A DNA stretch of 64,000 bases from Candidatus Versatilivorator sp. (GTDB lineage Bacteria; Acidobacteriota; Terriglobia; Versatilivoradales; Versatilivoraceae), in assembly GCA_965207735.1 (NCBI GenBank), contig OZ242296.1, forward strand, positions 1 through 64,000, written 5' to 3'. The notes below the pieces were generated by a model, which made no database searches, was not told the DNA's origin, and was given only the letters and a program-made list of their open reading frames with translations. Below are positions 20,960-31,296 of this stretch, piece after piece (the first letter of the stretch is position 1; the number at the start of each line of letters is the position of its first letter). Both the position numbers and the translations under genes were made by a program.

Positions 20960-21901
20960 CTAGGTCTCGGACGGCGTCACCTGCTGCCGGAAGTAGGGAA
21001 TGGTGAGCTGCAACCCCTGATCGATGTCTATGGTCGGCTCCCACTGCAGTTCTTGTCTGGCCAGAGTGATATCGGGCTGCCGGCGAACGGGGTCGTCCGA
21101 GGCCGCCTCTCCGTGGACGATCCTGGCAGGGGATCCGGTCATTTGAATGATCTTGGCGGCCAGAGCGAGAATGGTCAGCTCGATAGGATTCCCCAGGTTG
21201 ACCGGACCGCGGAAGTCATCCTGGTTCATCATGGCGATCAGGCCACGAACCAGATCCGAGACAAAGCAGAAGGAACGGGTCTGCAGTCCGTCGCCGTTGA
21301 CGATCAGGTCCTCTTCCTTCAGCGCCTGGACGATGAAGTTGCTCACCACCCTCCCGTCATCGATCGCCATCCTGGGACCGTAGGTGTTGAAAATTCTGAC
21401 GATGCGGATGTCGATCCGGTCCTGACGCCCATAGTCCATCATCAGGGTTTCCGCCACCCTCTTGCCCTCGTCGTAGCAGGCGCGGACTCCTATGGGGTTC
21501 ACGTTGCCCCAGTAGTCTTCAGGTTGGGGATGAACCTGGGGGTCCCCGTAGACTTCGGAGGTCGATGCCTGCAGGATTCTGGCCCGGGTCCGCTTGGCCA
21601 GCTCCAGCATGTTGGTCACTCCCAGGACGTTGGCCTGGATGGTCCTGACGGGATTGAACTGGTAAAAGACCGGTGAGGCCGGGCAGGCCAGGTTGTAGAT
21701 TTGCTCGACCTCGATATCGACGGGATTGATGATGTCGTGGCGCAGAATTTCAAAGTTTTTGGAATCCAGCAGGTGAAACACGTTTCGCTTGGAGCCGGTG
21801 AAGTAGTTGTCCAGGCAGACGACTTCATGGCCTTGGGCGAGCAAGGACTCGCATAGATGCGATCCGATCAGGCCGGCGCCTCCGGTCACCAGTATTCTCA
21901 T
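20960..21901 (-). CDS. UDP-glucuronate decarboxylase (UDP-xylose synthase-like SDR)
   Basis: [32 protein letters not shown]. Confidence 0.92.
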   Translation of the reverse strand: MRILVTGGAGLIGSHLCESLLAQGHEVVCLDNYFTGSKRNVFHLLDSKNFEILRHDIINPVDIEVEQIYNLACPASPVFYQFNPVRTIQANVLGVTNMLELAKRTRARILQASTSEVYGDPQVHPQPEDYWGNVNPIGVRACYDEGKRVAETLMMDYGRQDRIDIRIVRIFNTYGPRMAIDDGRVVSNFIVQALKEEDLIVNGDGLQTRSFCFVSDLVRGLIAMMNQDDFRGPVNLGNPIELTILALAAKIIQMTGSPARIVHGEAASDDPVRRQPDITLARQELQWEPTIDIDQGLQLTIPYFRQQVTPSET

Positions 21902-21905
21902 GCCA

Positions 21906-23504
21906 TCATCCTCCTCGCGGCACACCCTTGCCATTGTTCCCCAGGTAGCGCTCCCGCAGTGCCTTTTTCTGAATTTTACCCGTTCCGCCTTTGGGCAGGC
22001 TGGTCAGGAGCTCCACGCTGGAGGGCACCTTGTAGGCGGCCAGCTTTTGCCGGCAAAATTGTTTCAGCGCCTGTTCGGAGAGATCGGCCCCTTGCCTGGG
22101 GACCACCAGGGCCTTGGGCGACTCTCCCCACTTGGAGTCCGGCACTGCAATGACAGCGCACTCGAGCACGTCCGGGTGGCCGAAGAGCACCTTCTCGATC
22201 TCGATGGAGGAGATATTCTCGCCTCCTCGCACGATGATATCCTTCTTGCGGTCCACGATCATGAGGTAGCCTTCCGAATCCACCGTGGCCAGATCGCCGG
22301 TGTGAAGCCATCCCCGTTTCATTACCTCGGCGGTCTCCCGGGGCTGCTTCCAATACCCCTTCATGACCACGTTGCTTCTGGCCACGATCTCACCCACCGT
22401 CTTTCCGTCGGCGGCCACGTCCTGTCCCTGCCGGTCGACCACCCTGACCTCGCTGCCCGGCAGTTCCAGGCCGGTCATGGCCGCCCGCCGATAACGGGCT
22501 TCGCCATCCTCCCGCAGGTGCGATTTGAGCAGCGATACCGTGAGGACGGGCGAGGTCTCGGTCAACCCGTAGCCGCAGCTGCATTCGCATCCGAAGGCAG
22601 ACACCAGTTGGCGGACCATGTCCGCGGGGACGGAAGATCCTCCCATATGAATCAATCGGAGACTGTCAAGACGGTAGTTGGGGATGGCCTGGGAATTGAG
22701 CAGCAGGGTGGCCATGGTCGGGACCAGGTTGAGAGAAGTCACCCTTTCATTCTGGATCAGTTCCAACACGGTCTTGGGACGGAAATGGCGCAACATGACG
22801 TGGGTTCCGCCGACACAGGTGATGCTGTGGGTGGCGCCCCATCCGTTGGCATGGAACAGTGGAATGGTGTGCAGTTGTACGTCGGTTTCGCGGTTCTGCA
22901 AAGCGAAGACCACACTCAGGGCGTGCAGGTAGAGATTGCGGTGGGTCAGCATCACGCCCTTGGGCCGAGCCGTGGTTCCACTGGTGTAGAAAAGCTCGGC
23001 CACCGAGTCCTCGTCCCGAATGGTCTCGGGGAAGGATTCCGGACTGTACGCCTCGATCGCCTGCTCGTAGCCGAGAGGGTGGAGCCAGGAACGGGCGGGC
23101 TCGCCATCCAGGAGGAGATAGCCTTGGAGCTGGGGCAACTCTTGGCGGACTTCCGCGATCAAGGGAAGGAACTCTTCTTCCAGCAGCAGCAGCCGGGCAT
23201 CGGAGTGGTTGAGGATGTAACGAAAATCCCCGGCGGTAAGACGCACGTTGAGAGGCAGAAAGATGGCGCCGGTCTGTACCACCCCGTAGTAGGCTTCCAG
23301 CAGCCGGTGACCATTGCGGCTGAGATAGGCCACCACCGTTCCAGGCCTGACGCCCAGAGACACCAGCAATCGAGACAAGCGGTGGATTCGACCGCTGAAC
23401 TGACGGTAGTTGAAGCGCCGGGTCCCGCAGACCACCGCGGTCTTGTCGGGGTGCAGCTTCACCGAACGGCGCAGGAACATCAGTGGGGTGAGTGGGACAT
23501 TCAT
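21906..23504 (-). CDS. Long-chain fatty-acid--CoA ligase
   Basis: [28 protein letters not shown]. Confidence 0.93.
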   Translation of the reverse strand: MNVPLTPLMFLRRSVKLHPDKTAVVCGTRRFNYRQFSGRIHRLSRLLVSLGVRPGTVVAYLSRNGHRLLEAYYGVVQTGAIFLPLNVRLTAGDFRYILNHSDARLLLLEEEFLPLIAEVRQELPQLQGYLLLDGEPARSWLHPLGYEQAIEAYSPESFPETIRDEDSVAELFYTSGTTARPKGVMLTHRNLYLHALSVVFALQNRETDVQLHTIPLFHANGWGATHSITCVGGTHVMLRHFRPKTVLELIQNERVTSLNLVPTMATLLLNSQAIPNYRLDSLRLIHMGGSSVPADMVRQLVSAFGCECSCGYGLTETSPVLTVSLLKSHLREDGEARYRRAAMTGLELPGSEVRVVDRQGQDVAADGKTVGEIVARSNVVMKGYWKQPRETAEVMKRGWLHTGDLATVDSEGYLMIVDRKKDIIVRGGENISSIEIEKVLFGHPDVLECAVIAVPDSKWGESPKALVVPRQGADLSEQALKQFCRQKLAAYKVPSSVELLTSLPKGGTGKIQKKALRERYLGNNGKGVPRGG

Positions 23505-23689
23505 CGTTTGCCGTTTGCCGGACAACCGTTGGGAGTTTCGGGCCGTGACGGGCCAAGGAGCAATAGTACGCGAGCGGCCGGTTTTCCGGTAGAGTTTGCA
23601 TCGCCGACTACCCCCGAGAGTCGGACGGGCTCGCTGGATTTCGGGTGGTGCGGGGAGTGGGAAAGCCCTGGAATGCCGGGGCTAGGATA

Positions 23690-23718
23690 TTGACTAAGCT
23701 GGGTTTATGTGATACTTT
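23690..23718 (+). promoter_or_regulatory. Putative thrS promoter
   Basis: TTGACT-17nt-TACTTT with extended TG. Confidence 0.5.
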
Positions 23719-23751
23719 GCCGTTGTCGACGACGGAGCCGATGAGCCGAAT

Positions 23752-25677
23752 ATGAGCCAGATCACAGTAACACTGCCGGATGGTAGCCGGAAGGATTTTG
23801 ATTCCGGAGTCTCGGTTTTGGAGGTGGCCCGATCCATCGGGTCGCGGCTGGCGCGAGCAGCCCTGGTAGCCAAGGTGGATGGCGGCCTGGTGGATTTGAC
23901 CACCAGACTGGACAGCGACGCCGCGGTCACCATCCTGACCGAGCGGGACCCGGAGGCTTTGCAGGTCTACCGCCACAGCAGCGCTCATCTGCTGGCGCTC
24001 GCGGTCATTGAACTGTTCCCCGGGACCCAGTTGGGAATCGGCCCACCCATCGAAAACGGTTTCTACTACGATTTCCAGCGTGAAACTCCTTTTACCGCCG
24101 AGGAGCTGGAGAGCATCGAGCAGCGGATGTTGGAGCTGGTGAAGGCCGACTATCCCTTTGAACGACTCTGGATGGACAAAGCGGAAGGACTGGAATGGTT
24201 CAGGAACCAGAGAGCCGACCTCAAATGTGAGTTGATCCAGGAAAGGGCCGGAGAGCGTTTTTCCTGCTACAAGGTCGGAAGCCTCATCGATTTTTGCCGG
24301 GGGCCTCATATTCCCTCCCTCGGCCGGATCAAGGCGCTGAAGCTGCTGTCGGTGGCCGGGGCCTATTGGAAGGGTGAGGAGACCAACCAGCAGCTCCAGC
24401 GGATCTATGGAACCTCGTTCTTTGACAAGAAGCAGCTGGCCGCCCATCTCCATCAACTGGAGGAGGCCAAGAAGCGCGATCACCGCCGCATCGGCAAGGA
24501 GTTGGACCTGTTCAGCCTGCAGGAGGATGCGGGTCCGGGTCTGGTCTTCTGGCACCCCAATGGAGCCCTGATTCGAAACGAGATTGAAGATTTCTGGCGG
24601 CAGCAACACCTCAGCGGCGGCTACGAATTCGTGTACACACCCCATATCGCCAAGAAGGACTTGTGGCGCACCAGCGGGCACGTCGACTTCTATCGACAGA
24701 GCATGTATTCGGCGATGGAAGTGGACGAGGTGGACTATCAGCTCAAGCCCATGAACTGCCCGTTCCATATCCTCATTTACAAGAATCAATTGCGGAGCTA
24801 TCGCGAGCTTCCCTTGCGGTGGGCTGAAACGGGGACCGTGTACCGGTACGAGCGTTCGGGAGTGCTGCAGGGATTGCTGCGGGTGCGAGGATTCACTCAG
24901 GACGACGCCCACATCTTTTGCCAGTCCGAGAAGATCGAAGAGGAAATTCTGGGCGTGCTGGACTTCACCCTGTCGCTGCTGCGTAGTTTCGGGTTCACCG
25001 ACTTCGAGGTCTACCTGTCGACGCGGCCCGAGAAGTACGTCGGGTCGGTCGAAGACTGGGACCTTTCCACCGAGGCACTGCGCCGGGCCGTGGAGACGCG
25101 ACGCCTGGAGTACAGCACCGACGAAGGAGGAGGCGCCTTTTATGGACCCAAGATCGACCTCAAGATCAAGGATGCCATCGGTCGCTCCTGGCAGTGCACC
25201 ACCATACAGTTCGACTTCAATCTTCCCGAGCGCTTCGATCTCTCCTACGTGGGAGAAGACGGAAAGTCTCACCGTCCCTACATGGTTCACCGGGCCCTGC
25301 TGGGCTCAATGGAACGGTTCTTCGGGATATTGATTGAACATTACGCCGGGGCATTTCCTCTCTGGCTGGCGCCGGCCCAGGTGGTTATCCTGCCGATCAG
25401 CCAGCGACATGCGGAGGCGGCCTCCGCCCTGGAGTCCCGGCTGGCGCAAGAGAAGTTTCGCGTCAAGGCCGACTTGCGGAATGAGAAGGTGAATGCCAAG
25501 ATCCGGAGAGCTCAAATGCAGAAAGTGCCCTTCATGGTCATCTTGGGAGACAGGGAGTTGGATAAGGGTACCCTGTCGGTCAGGAATCGATTTGAGGGGG
25601 ACCTCGGCTCTTTTTCCTTTGAAAAATTTCTGGAATTGATTCAGGATCTACGGGACAAAAAGGCGGTGCGGCCCTAG
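23752..25677 (+). CDS. thrS: Threonine--tRNA ligase
   Basis: TGS domain, HSSAH, DFCRGPH, RDHR, KPMNCP, MVHRA. Confidence 0.98.
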   Translation: MSQITVTLPDGSRKDFDSGVSVLEVARSIGSRLARAALVAKVDGGLVDLTTRLDSDAAVTILTERDPEALQVYRHSSAHLLALAVIELFPGTQLGIGPPIENGFYYDFQRETPFTAEELESIEQRMLELVKADYPFERLWMDKAEGLEWFRNQRADLKCELIQERAGERFSCYKVGSLIDFCRGPHIPSLGRIKALKLLSVAGAYWKGEETNQQLQRIYGTSFFDKKQLAAHLHQLEEAKKRDHRRIGKELDLFSLQEDAGPGLVFWHPNGALIRNEIEDFWRQQHLSGGYEFVYTPHIAKKDLWRTSGHVDFYRQSMYSAMEVDEVDYQLKPMNCPFHILIYKNQLRSYRELPLRWAETGTVYRYERSGVLQGLLRVRGFTQDDAHIFCQSEKIEEEILGVLDFTLSLLRSFGFTDFEVYLSTRPEKYVGSVEDWDLSTEALRRAVETRRLEYSTDEGGGAFYGPKIDLKIKDAIGRSWQCTTIQFDFNLPERFDLSYVGEDGKSHRPYMVHRALLGSMERFFGILIEHYAGAFPLWLAPAQVVILPISQRHAEAASALESRLAQEKFRVKADLRNEKVNAKIRRAQMQKVPFMVILGDRELDKGTLSVRNRFEGDLGSFSFEKFLELIQDLRDKKAVRP

Positions 25678-25724
25678 CGGGTCCGAATCCGCCGACATTG
25701 GCACAAAATCACGGAGGTGGATGT

Positions 25725-26261
25725 ATTCGTCGCAAGCCCACGTTTAGTCGTCAGAGGATCCGCGTCAACATCAATGATCGCATTCGGGCCAGAGAAATTC
25801 GGGTGATCGATGTCGACGGCGAGCAACTCGGTGTTATGCCTCCGGGGGATGCACTGAGGGTCGCCAAAGGAAAAGAGCTGGACCTGGTTGAGATTTCCGC
25901 CACGGCCACCCCCCCGGTCTGCCGTATCATGAATTACGGCAAGTACCTGTACCAACTCAAGAAAAAGGCCCACGAGGCCAAGAAGCACCAGAAGATGATC
26001 CATGTCAAGGAGGTCAAGTTTCGCCCCAAGACCGACAACCACGACTATGAGTTCAAGAAGAAGAACATCCTTCGCTTCCTGGGAGAGGGCGACAAAGTGA
26101 AGGCGTCGGTCAATTTTCGGGGTCGGGAAATGGCGCACAAGAGCATTGGCCGCCAGTTGATTCTCCGCCTGATCGAGGATGTCGGCGAGCAGGGTTCCGT
26201 TGAGGGGAATCCGAAGATGGAAGGCAACCACATGTTTGTCATTTTTGCCGGCAAAAAATAG
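25725..26261 (+). CDS. infC: Translation initiation factor IF-3 (probable ATT start)
   Basis: INDRIRAREIRVID, PPVCRIMNYGK; GGAGGT RBS 6 nt before in-frame ATT. Confidence 0.95.
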   Translation: MRRKPTFSRQRIRVNINDRIRAREIRVIDVDGEQLGVMPPGDALRVAKGKELDLVEISATATPPVCRIMNYGKYLYQLKKKAHEAKKHQKMIHVKEVKFRPKTDNHDYEFKKKNILRFLGEGDKVKASVNFRGREMAHKSIGRQLILRLIEDVGEQGSVEGNPKMEGNHMFVIFAGKK

Positions 26262-26312
26262 GACAGGGGTCCGGATTTAGTCGGAGACCCTGCCAAATGC
26301 GGGAGAGGGGAC

Positions 26313-26513
26313 GTGCCCAAGCTCAAAACTCATCGTGGAGCCAAGAAGCGGTTCAAAGTGACCGGCACTGGCAAAATCAAGCGGGGTCACTCCCACGCCC
26401 GCCATATCCTGACCAAGAAGACGACCAAGAGGAAACGCAAGCTCGACCAATCGGGATTGGTGAGCAGAAGCGACCTGTCGAAGGTCAAGAAGATGTTGCC
26501 CTACGCCTCCTGA
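26313..26513 (+). CDS. rpmI: 50S ribosomal protein L35
   Basis: [21 protein letters not shown]. Confidence 0.98.
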   Translation: MPKLKTHRGAKKRFKVTGTGKIKRGHSHARHILTKKTTKRKRKLDQSGLVSRSDLSKVKKMLPYAS

Positions 26514-26575
26514 TCGGGGAGGGGCGGGCCCGGCCACCGGGCCAGAGCGTTTGATGGGACGGAGGTGAAGCAGTC

Positions 26576-26935
26576 GTGGCAAGAGTCACGCGAGGCGCCG
26601 GACGGAGAGACCGAAGGCGTAAGCTCCTCAAGGCTTCCTCGGGCTTTCGTGGAACCAAGAGCAAGCTCTATCGGTCCGCCAAGGAATCGGTCGATCGGGC
26701 GTTGAGATTTGCCGCTCGGGATCGAAGGGTGCGGAAAAGGGATTTCAGGTCCTTGTGGATCGTGCGCATTTCGGCGGCGGCCAAGCTCAACGGGATTTCC
26801 TACAGCAGGCTGATGCACGGCTTGAAACAGTCAGGCATTGAGCTGGACCGAAAGGTTCTGGCTGAATTGGCGGTGAACGATCCGGCCATGTTTGCCAAGC
26901 TGGCCGAGACCGCCAAACAGGCAGCGGCTGCATAG
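26576..26935 (+). CDS. rplT: 50S ribosomal protein L20
   Basis: [28 protein letters not shown]. Confidence 0.98.
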   Translation: MARVTRGAGRRDRRRKLLKASSGFRGTKSKLYRSAKESVDRALRFAARDRRVRKRDFRSLWIVRISAAAKLNGISYSRLMHGLKQSGIELDRKVLAELAVNDPAMFAKLAETAKQAAAA

Positions 26936-27054
26936 GGTAAGCTCGGCGGTTGCGACTGTCCGGGAATTCGACCGGCATGCTGTTGCCGGTCGGGGCACCG
27001 GACGTCTCGCCGGGGTGCTCGTGTTTGAATAGAAGGCTGCGTGTGGTGACAGGT

Positions 27055-27076
27055 GGGGCCTTGAGCCCCTTTTTTT
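27055..27076 (+). terminator. Short hairpin plus T-run between rplT and pheS
   Basis: GGGGC-CTTGA-GCCCC followed by T7. Confidence 0.5.
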
Positions 27077-27115
27077 CTGTTTCCATTCAGGAAGCCGGCA
27101 CAGGAGCACTGAAAC

Positions 27116-28135
27116 TTGGAAAAGCTGGCCGCAATCAAGCAGTCCTTCGACGCCGATTTGGCGGATGTCAGATCCGCGCAACAGCTTTCATTGCTGCGAG
27201 ACCGCTACTTGGGCCGGAAGGGAGGGCAGTTGACCCTCCTGATGAAGGGCCTCAAGTCTGTTGCCGTGGCCGATCGGAAAGAGGTCGGCCGCAACCTGAA
27301 CCAGTTCAAGTCCAGGATCGAAAGCGCCATAGAGGCCGCCAGGCAGAGGATCGAGTCGGAGTCGACCCGGGCCGAGTCGGCCGAGGTCGCCCCCGACCTG
27401 ACCCTTCCGGGCAAGCGGCGCGCGCTGGGTCACCTGCATCCGCTGACGCGGGTGCGGCGTGACATTGAGGAGATTTTTTACTCCATCGGCTATTCGGTAA
27501 TGGACGGTCCGGAAATAGAAACCACCTATTACAACTTCGAAGCTCTGAATATTCCCGAGGATCACCCCGCCAGAGACCAGGGAGACACCTTCTACCTTTC
27601 GGAGAGCCTGTTGCTGAGGACCCACACCTCGCCCGTGCAGATTCGAACCATGGAACGGCTGAGGCCTCCGCTTCGCATCGTCTGTCCGGGCGCCGTCTAT
27701 CGGAGGGACAGTCCCGATGCCACCCATTCCCCCGTCTTTCAGCAGGTTGAGGGTCTGGCCGTGGATGAGAACCTCTCCTTCCGGGATTTCAAGGGAACGA
27801 TGGAGTATTTTCTGAAGGCCTTCTTCAGTGAAGGAACCAAGGTCCGCTTTCGCCCCAGCTACTTTGGCTTTACCGAGCCCAGCGCAGAGGTGGATATCTC
27901 CTGCACCTTTTGTTCGGGCGGTGGATGCCGCGTTTGCAAGCAGACAGGTTGGATCGAGGTATTGGGAGCGGGAATGGTAGACCCGGAAGTTTTCGGCCAG
28001 GTGGGTATCGACTCGGAAAGGTATATCGGATTCGCCTTCGGCGTCGGCATTGAGCGTTTTGCCATGATCAAGTACGGGGTTGACAACATTCAGCACTTCT
28101 ACCAGAACGATTTGCGTTTTCTGCAGCAGTTTTAA
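27116..28135 (+). CDS. pheS: Phenylalanine--tRNA ligase alpha subunit
   Basis: HPARD, LRTHTSPVQ, FTEPSAE, GFAFGVGIER; TTG start with AGGAG RBS. Confidence 0.98.
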   Translation: MEKLAAIKQSFDADLADVRSAQQLSLLRDRYLGRKGGQLTLLMKGLKSVAVADRKEVGRNLNQFKSRIESAIEAARQRIESESTRAESAEVAPDLTLPGKRRALGHLHPLTRVRRDIEEIFYSIGYSVMDGPEIETTYYNFEALNIPEDHPARDQGDTFYLSESLLLRTHTSPVQIRTMERLRPPLRIVCPGAVYRRDSPDATHSPVFQQVEGLAVDENLSFRDFKGTMEYFLKAFFSEGTKVRFRPSYFGFTEPSAEVDISCTFCSGGGCRVCKQTGWIEVLGAGMVDPEVFGQVGIDSERYIGFAFGVGIERFAMIKYGVDNIQHFYQNDLRFLQQF

Positions 28136-28204
28136 CCCGCATCTCTCGCCAGGTCGCTGGATTCCTAATGACAGGCCATGTGTTTTCAGCAACTTGAATG
28201 CAGG
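28136..28204. mobile_element. Short degenerate IS1380-related MITE (intron-free end)
   Basis: CCCGCATCTCTCGCCAGGTCGCTGG matches the reconstructed MITE end at 54788-54799+55669-55681; body matches 52106-52153 reversed; CTAG at 28205. Confidence 0.75.
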
Positions 28205-28224
28205 CTAGCCCGCGGGGCTGAACG

Positions 28225-30279
28225 ATGATCGTTAGCTATCGCTGGCTTGGAGAAATGGTGGAATTCGAGGCCGAGCCCGATCGGCTGGCGGCGGATTTGA
28301 CCCAATGCGGCGTGGTGGCCGAGGTCATCGAATCCAGGTCCTCGGACGCACTTTTGGAACTCGAGCTAACCACCAATCGACCGGATTGCCTGAGCCACCG
28401 GGGCGTAGCCAGAGAGATCGCAACTCTCTATCGGAAGACCCTTCGGTCGAGGCAGGTCGAGTTGTCCGAGTCCCAACCGTCGACCTCCAGTCAGGCCTCG
28501 GTCGAGATCCAGTCCCCCCAACTGTGTCGCCGCTACTCGGCGCGGCTGATTCGGGGGGTTCGGGTCGGTCCCTCTCCGGATTGGCTGTACCATAGGCTGG
28601 ACTCGCTGGGGATTCGTCCCATCAACAACATCGTGGATGCCACCAACTACGTGCTGATGGAAAGTGGCCATCCGACCCATGCCTTCGACCTTGCCCGAAT
28701 ACACGCCGCGCGAATCCTGGTGAGAAGGGCTCGCAACGGCGAGCGCCTGGCGACTCTCGACGGGGTTGAACGCCATCTGACGGAGGGGACGCTGCTCATC
28801 GCCGACCCGGTCAAGCCACTGGCGCTGGCCGGAATCATGGGGGGGGAGGATAGCGAAATCGGTCCGAGCACCAGGGATGTATTGGTCGAAAGCGCCTGGT
28901 TCGATCCCGTTTCGGTTCGAAAGACATCCAAGGCCCTGGGAATCCATACGGAAGCCTCCCATCGCTTCGAACGGGGAGCCGATCTGGAAGCCACCGTCGC
29001 GGCCGCCAACCGGGCCGCTCAACTGATTCAGGAACTCGCCGGAGGGGAAATCCTGCAGGGACCGCTCGACAATTTTCCCATACCCTTGACGAGGCCTCGG
29101 GTGCGGCTTCGCCGGTCGCGCCTGGCCAGACTTCTAGCCCTGGAGATTGACGGCGACGAGGTTGAGAGGATCTTGAACTCGCTGCAATTCAGGGTTCTCG
29201 ACAGTGGAGCTGAAGGTTGGACGGTTTCCCTGCCGACGGCCAGGATGGACGTGGAGCGGGAGATCGACCTGATCGAGGAGATTGCCCGCCACCACGGCTA
29301 CGGAAACCTGCCCTCCGCCCTGCCGGCCTGGCAGGGTGGCGCCCAGCGCCGCAAGGAATACAGCGTCGAGAAGGTCGTTACCGATAGGTTGCTGCATCTG
29401 GGGTATTCTCAAACACTGACCTATCCCCTGGTGGATGCAAGGGAGGATCGCAAGTTCAGCGTCACACCGAGGATTTCGGTGTTGAATCCTGTCTCCTCGG
29501 AGACGGGAGTCATGAGAACCTCGCTTTTTCCGGGGCTATTGGCTTCCCTTGCGTGGAATTACAATCGCGGCGTGCGAAGCCTCAAGATTTATGAAGTCGG
29601 TAAAGTCTATGGCTGGTTTCGGCCCCAAGAGGCCGGAGAGGCTTCCAAGGCAGGCCTGCTTTTGACAGGCAATCTGGAGGAAAAAACGGTTCATGGCGCC
29701 GCTGTGGCTTACTCGCTCTTTGACCTCAAGGGGGATATCGAGACTCTGCTGGAGCCGTCGACTCTTGGGGAGCAGGATGTCCGGTTTGAAGCCTGCGAGA
29801 GGGTGGATTCCCACTGGAGCCCTGTGGCTGCCGGACAAATTCGGCTTGGGGACATAGAACTGGGTTGTTTCGGTCAACTGAATCCCGACATTTGTGCAGC
29901 CCATAAGATAGGACAGCCGGTGTTTGCGGCCGAGATCGAGTTGAGCCGGCTCCATCCACTGTGGCGGTCCGAACCGAAAGCCAGGCAGATTCCGCGTTTC
30001 CCTTCCATCCAGAGAGACCTCTCCATTGTAGTGGACAGTGACATTACCTATGGGAATATCGAATCGGCCATTTGGGACACTCAAATCGAGGAGCTGTTGC
30101 GGATAATCCCCTTTGACCTGTATCAGGGAGGCCGTTTGCCCACTGGCAAGAAGGGGATATCGATCAGGCTCGTATATCAGAGGCTGGATCGGACGCTGGT
30201 GGAGGAAGATGCCAATCGGTTCGACCAGGTGGTGTTGTCCCGGCTACAGGACAGGTTCGGTGCTCAGCTTAGGAGATGA
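28225..30279 (+). CDS. pheT: Phenylalanine--tRNA ligase beta subunit (short form)
   Basis: TNRPDCLSHRGVARE, INNIVDATNY, SHRFERG, DLIEEIAR, FDX-ACB tail. Confidence 0.97.
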   Translation: MIVSYRWLGEMVEFEAEPDRLAADLTQCGVVAEVIESRSSDALLELELTTNRPDCLSHRGVAREIATLYRKTLRSRQVELSESQPSTSSQASVEIQSPQLCRRYSARLIRGVRVGPSPDWLYHRLDSLGIRPINNIVDATNYVLMESGHPTHAFDLARIHAARILVRRARNGERLATLDGVERHLTEGTLLIADPVKPLALAGIMGGEDSEIGPSTRDVLVESAWFDPVSVRKTSKALGIHTEASHRFERGADLEATVAAANRAAQLIQELAGGEILQGPLDNFPIPLTRPRVRLRRSRLARLLALEIDGDEVERILNSLQFRVLDSGAEGWTVSLPTARMDVEREIDLIEEIARHHGYGNLPSALPAWQGGAQRRKEYSVEKVVTDRLLHLGYSQTLTYPLVDAREDRKFSVTPRISVLNPVSSETGVMRTSLFPGLLASLAWNYNRGVRSLKIYEVGKVYGWFRPQEAGEASKAGLLLTGNLEEKTVHGAAVAYSLFDLKGDIETLLEPSTLGEQDVRFEACERVDSHWSPVAAGQIRLGDIELGCFGQLNPDICAAHKIGQPVFAAEIELSRLHPLWRSEPKARQIPRFPSIQRDLSIVVDSDITYGNIESAIWDTQIEELLRIIPFDLYQGGRLPTGKKGISIRLVYQRLDRTLVEEDANRFDQVVLSRLQDRFGAQLRR

Positions 30280-30533
30280 CGGTGGGAGAGGGACTGGAAA
30301 AATTCGCCGACCTCGAGGGCAGGGTCTATCGGATGGTGGAGCTGTTCAAGGCCACCAGGGTTCAGAACGAAGCCCTGGACAGTGAAGTCCGGAGGCTCAA
30401 ATCGGAGGTTGAGCAGTTGTCGTCGGAGAATGATCGCCTGAAGTTCGAGGTCGCAGATTTTGAAAAGGATCAGGAGCAAATCAAGGAGAAAGTCGAGCGG
30501 ATCCTGGGTAGTTTGGACCAATGGGGAATGTGA
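30276..30533 (+). CDS. Coiled-coil protein (ZapB-like)
   Basis: Heptad-rich 85 aa between pheT and zapA. Confidence 0.75.
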   Translation: MTVGEGLEKFADLEGRVYRMVELFKATRVQNEALDSEVRRLKSEVEQLSSENDRLKFEVADFEKDQEQIKEKVERILGSLDQWGM

Positions 30534-30558
30534 ACGGTCGGCGTTTGGAGAGCGAACC

Positions 30559-30852
30559 ATGCAGAGGGGAAACGGGGTCACGCGGGTTGAGATTTGCGAT
30601 CGGGTTTACGCTGTCACCGGAGCCATTGAGGGGGACTACCTTGAGCGACTTTCGGCCTATGTCGACGGCAAAATGCGGGAAATCCAAGAGTCCAGTCAAA
30701 CTGTCGATACGGTCAAGGTGGCTGTGATGGCGGCGCTGAATATCGCCGATGAGCTCTTTCAGCAAAGGGATCAGGCCAAGCGGGTGGAAGCCGCTATCGC
30801 CGACAAGAGCATCCGCTGCTCCGAAGTGCTGGACGCGGTGCTTCCGGAATGA
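30559..30852 (+). CDS. zapA: Cell division protein ZapA
   Basis: YVDGKMREI...KVAVMAALNIADEL. Confidence 0.92.
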   Translation: MQRGNGVTRVEICDRVYAVTGAIEGDYLERLSAYVDGKMREIQESSQTVDTVKVAVMAALNIADELFQQRDQAKRVEAAIADKSIRCSEVLDAVLPE

Positions 30853-30909
30853 GAGGTGATTCGGCGGAAAGACGGGCTCCACCGCGCGGGCAGGTCTGAC
30901 GATAGGGAC

Positions 30910-30939
30910 TTGACCTGGAGATTCGGCATTCACTAGAAT
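30910..30939 (+). promoter_or_regulatory. Putative 6S RNA promoter
   Basis: TTGACC-18nt-TAGAAT. Confidence 0.6.
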
Positions 30940-30945
30940 CCTACC

Positions 30946-31115
30946 GCCCTGCAATGTGCGTGTAGGCATGTATTATTTGAACCAACACCTATTTGACGGG
31001 AGCCTGAATCCTTGGACTGTGTGTAAGCTTCACCATGTGAAGCTTCCTGATGTTCAGGGAGTGGCGCCCACCTGGTCTCCAGGTCCAAATAAGGTGTCTC
31101 ACGGCAAAGCGGGGT
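30946..31115 (+). ncRNA. ssrS: 6S RNA
   Basis: Canonical position after zapA; ends pair (CCCTGC..TGTGCGTG / CACGGCAAAGCGGGG); GAACC, GGGAGC and CCCACCTG segments typical of 6S; ~170 nt. Confidence 0.85.
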
Positions 31116-31296
31116 TTTTCTTTGCCCGGATAGCCCCCCCTCCCTTCAATTGTAATCTCCATCTCTGTTGTTTATCATAGCTTGAGGCCGGCAACCTCTC
31201 TTGAGGCCATCAACCTCCTGAAGCACATGGCTGTCACGAGGATTTCCCAGCCATTCCCGCCAAGCCGCTGATCGGATCACTTCCCGTTGGGGAGAC

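Noticed and set aside
26942-27014. SRP (4.5S) RNA candidate for the long hairpin
   Set aside because: Lacks the conserved CAGG...GGAA...AGCAG domain IV motif.
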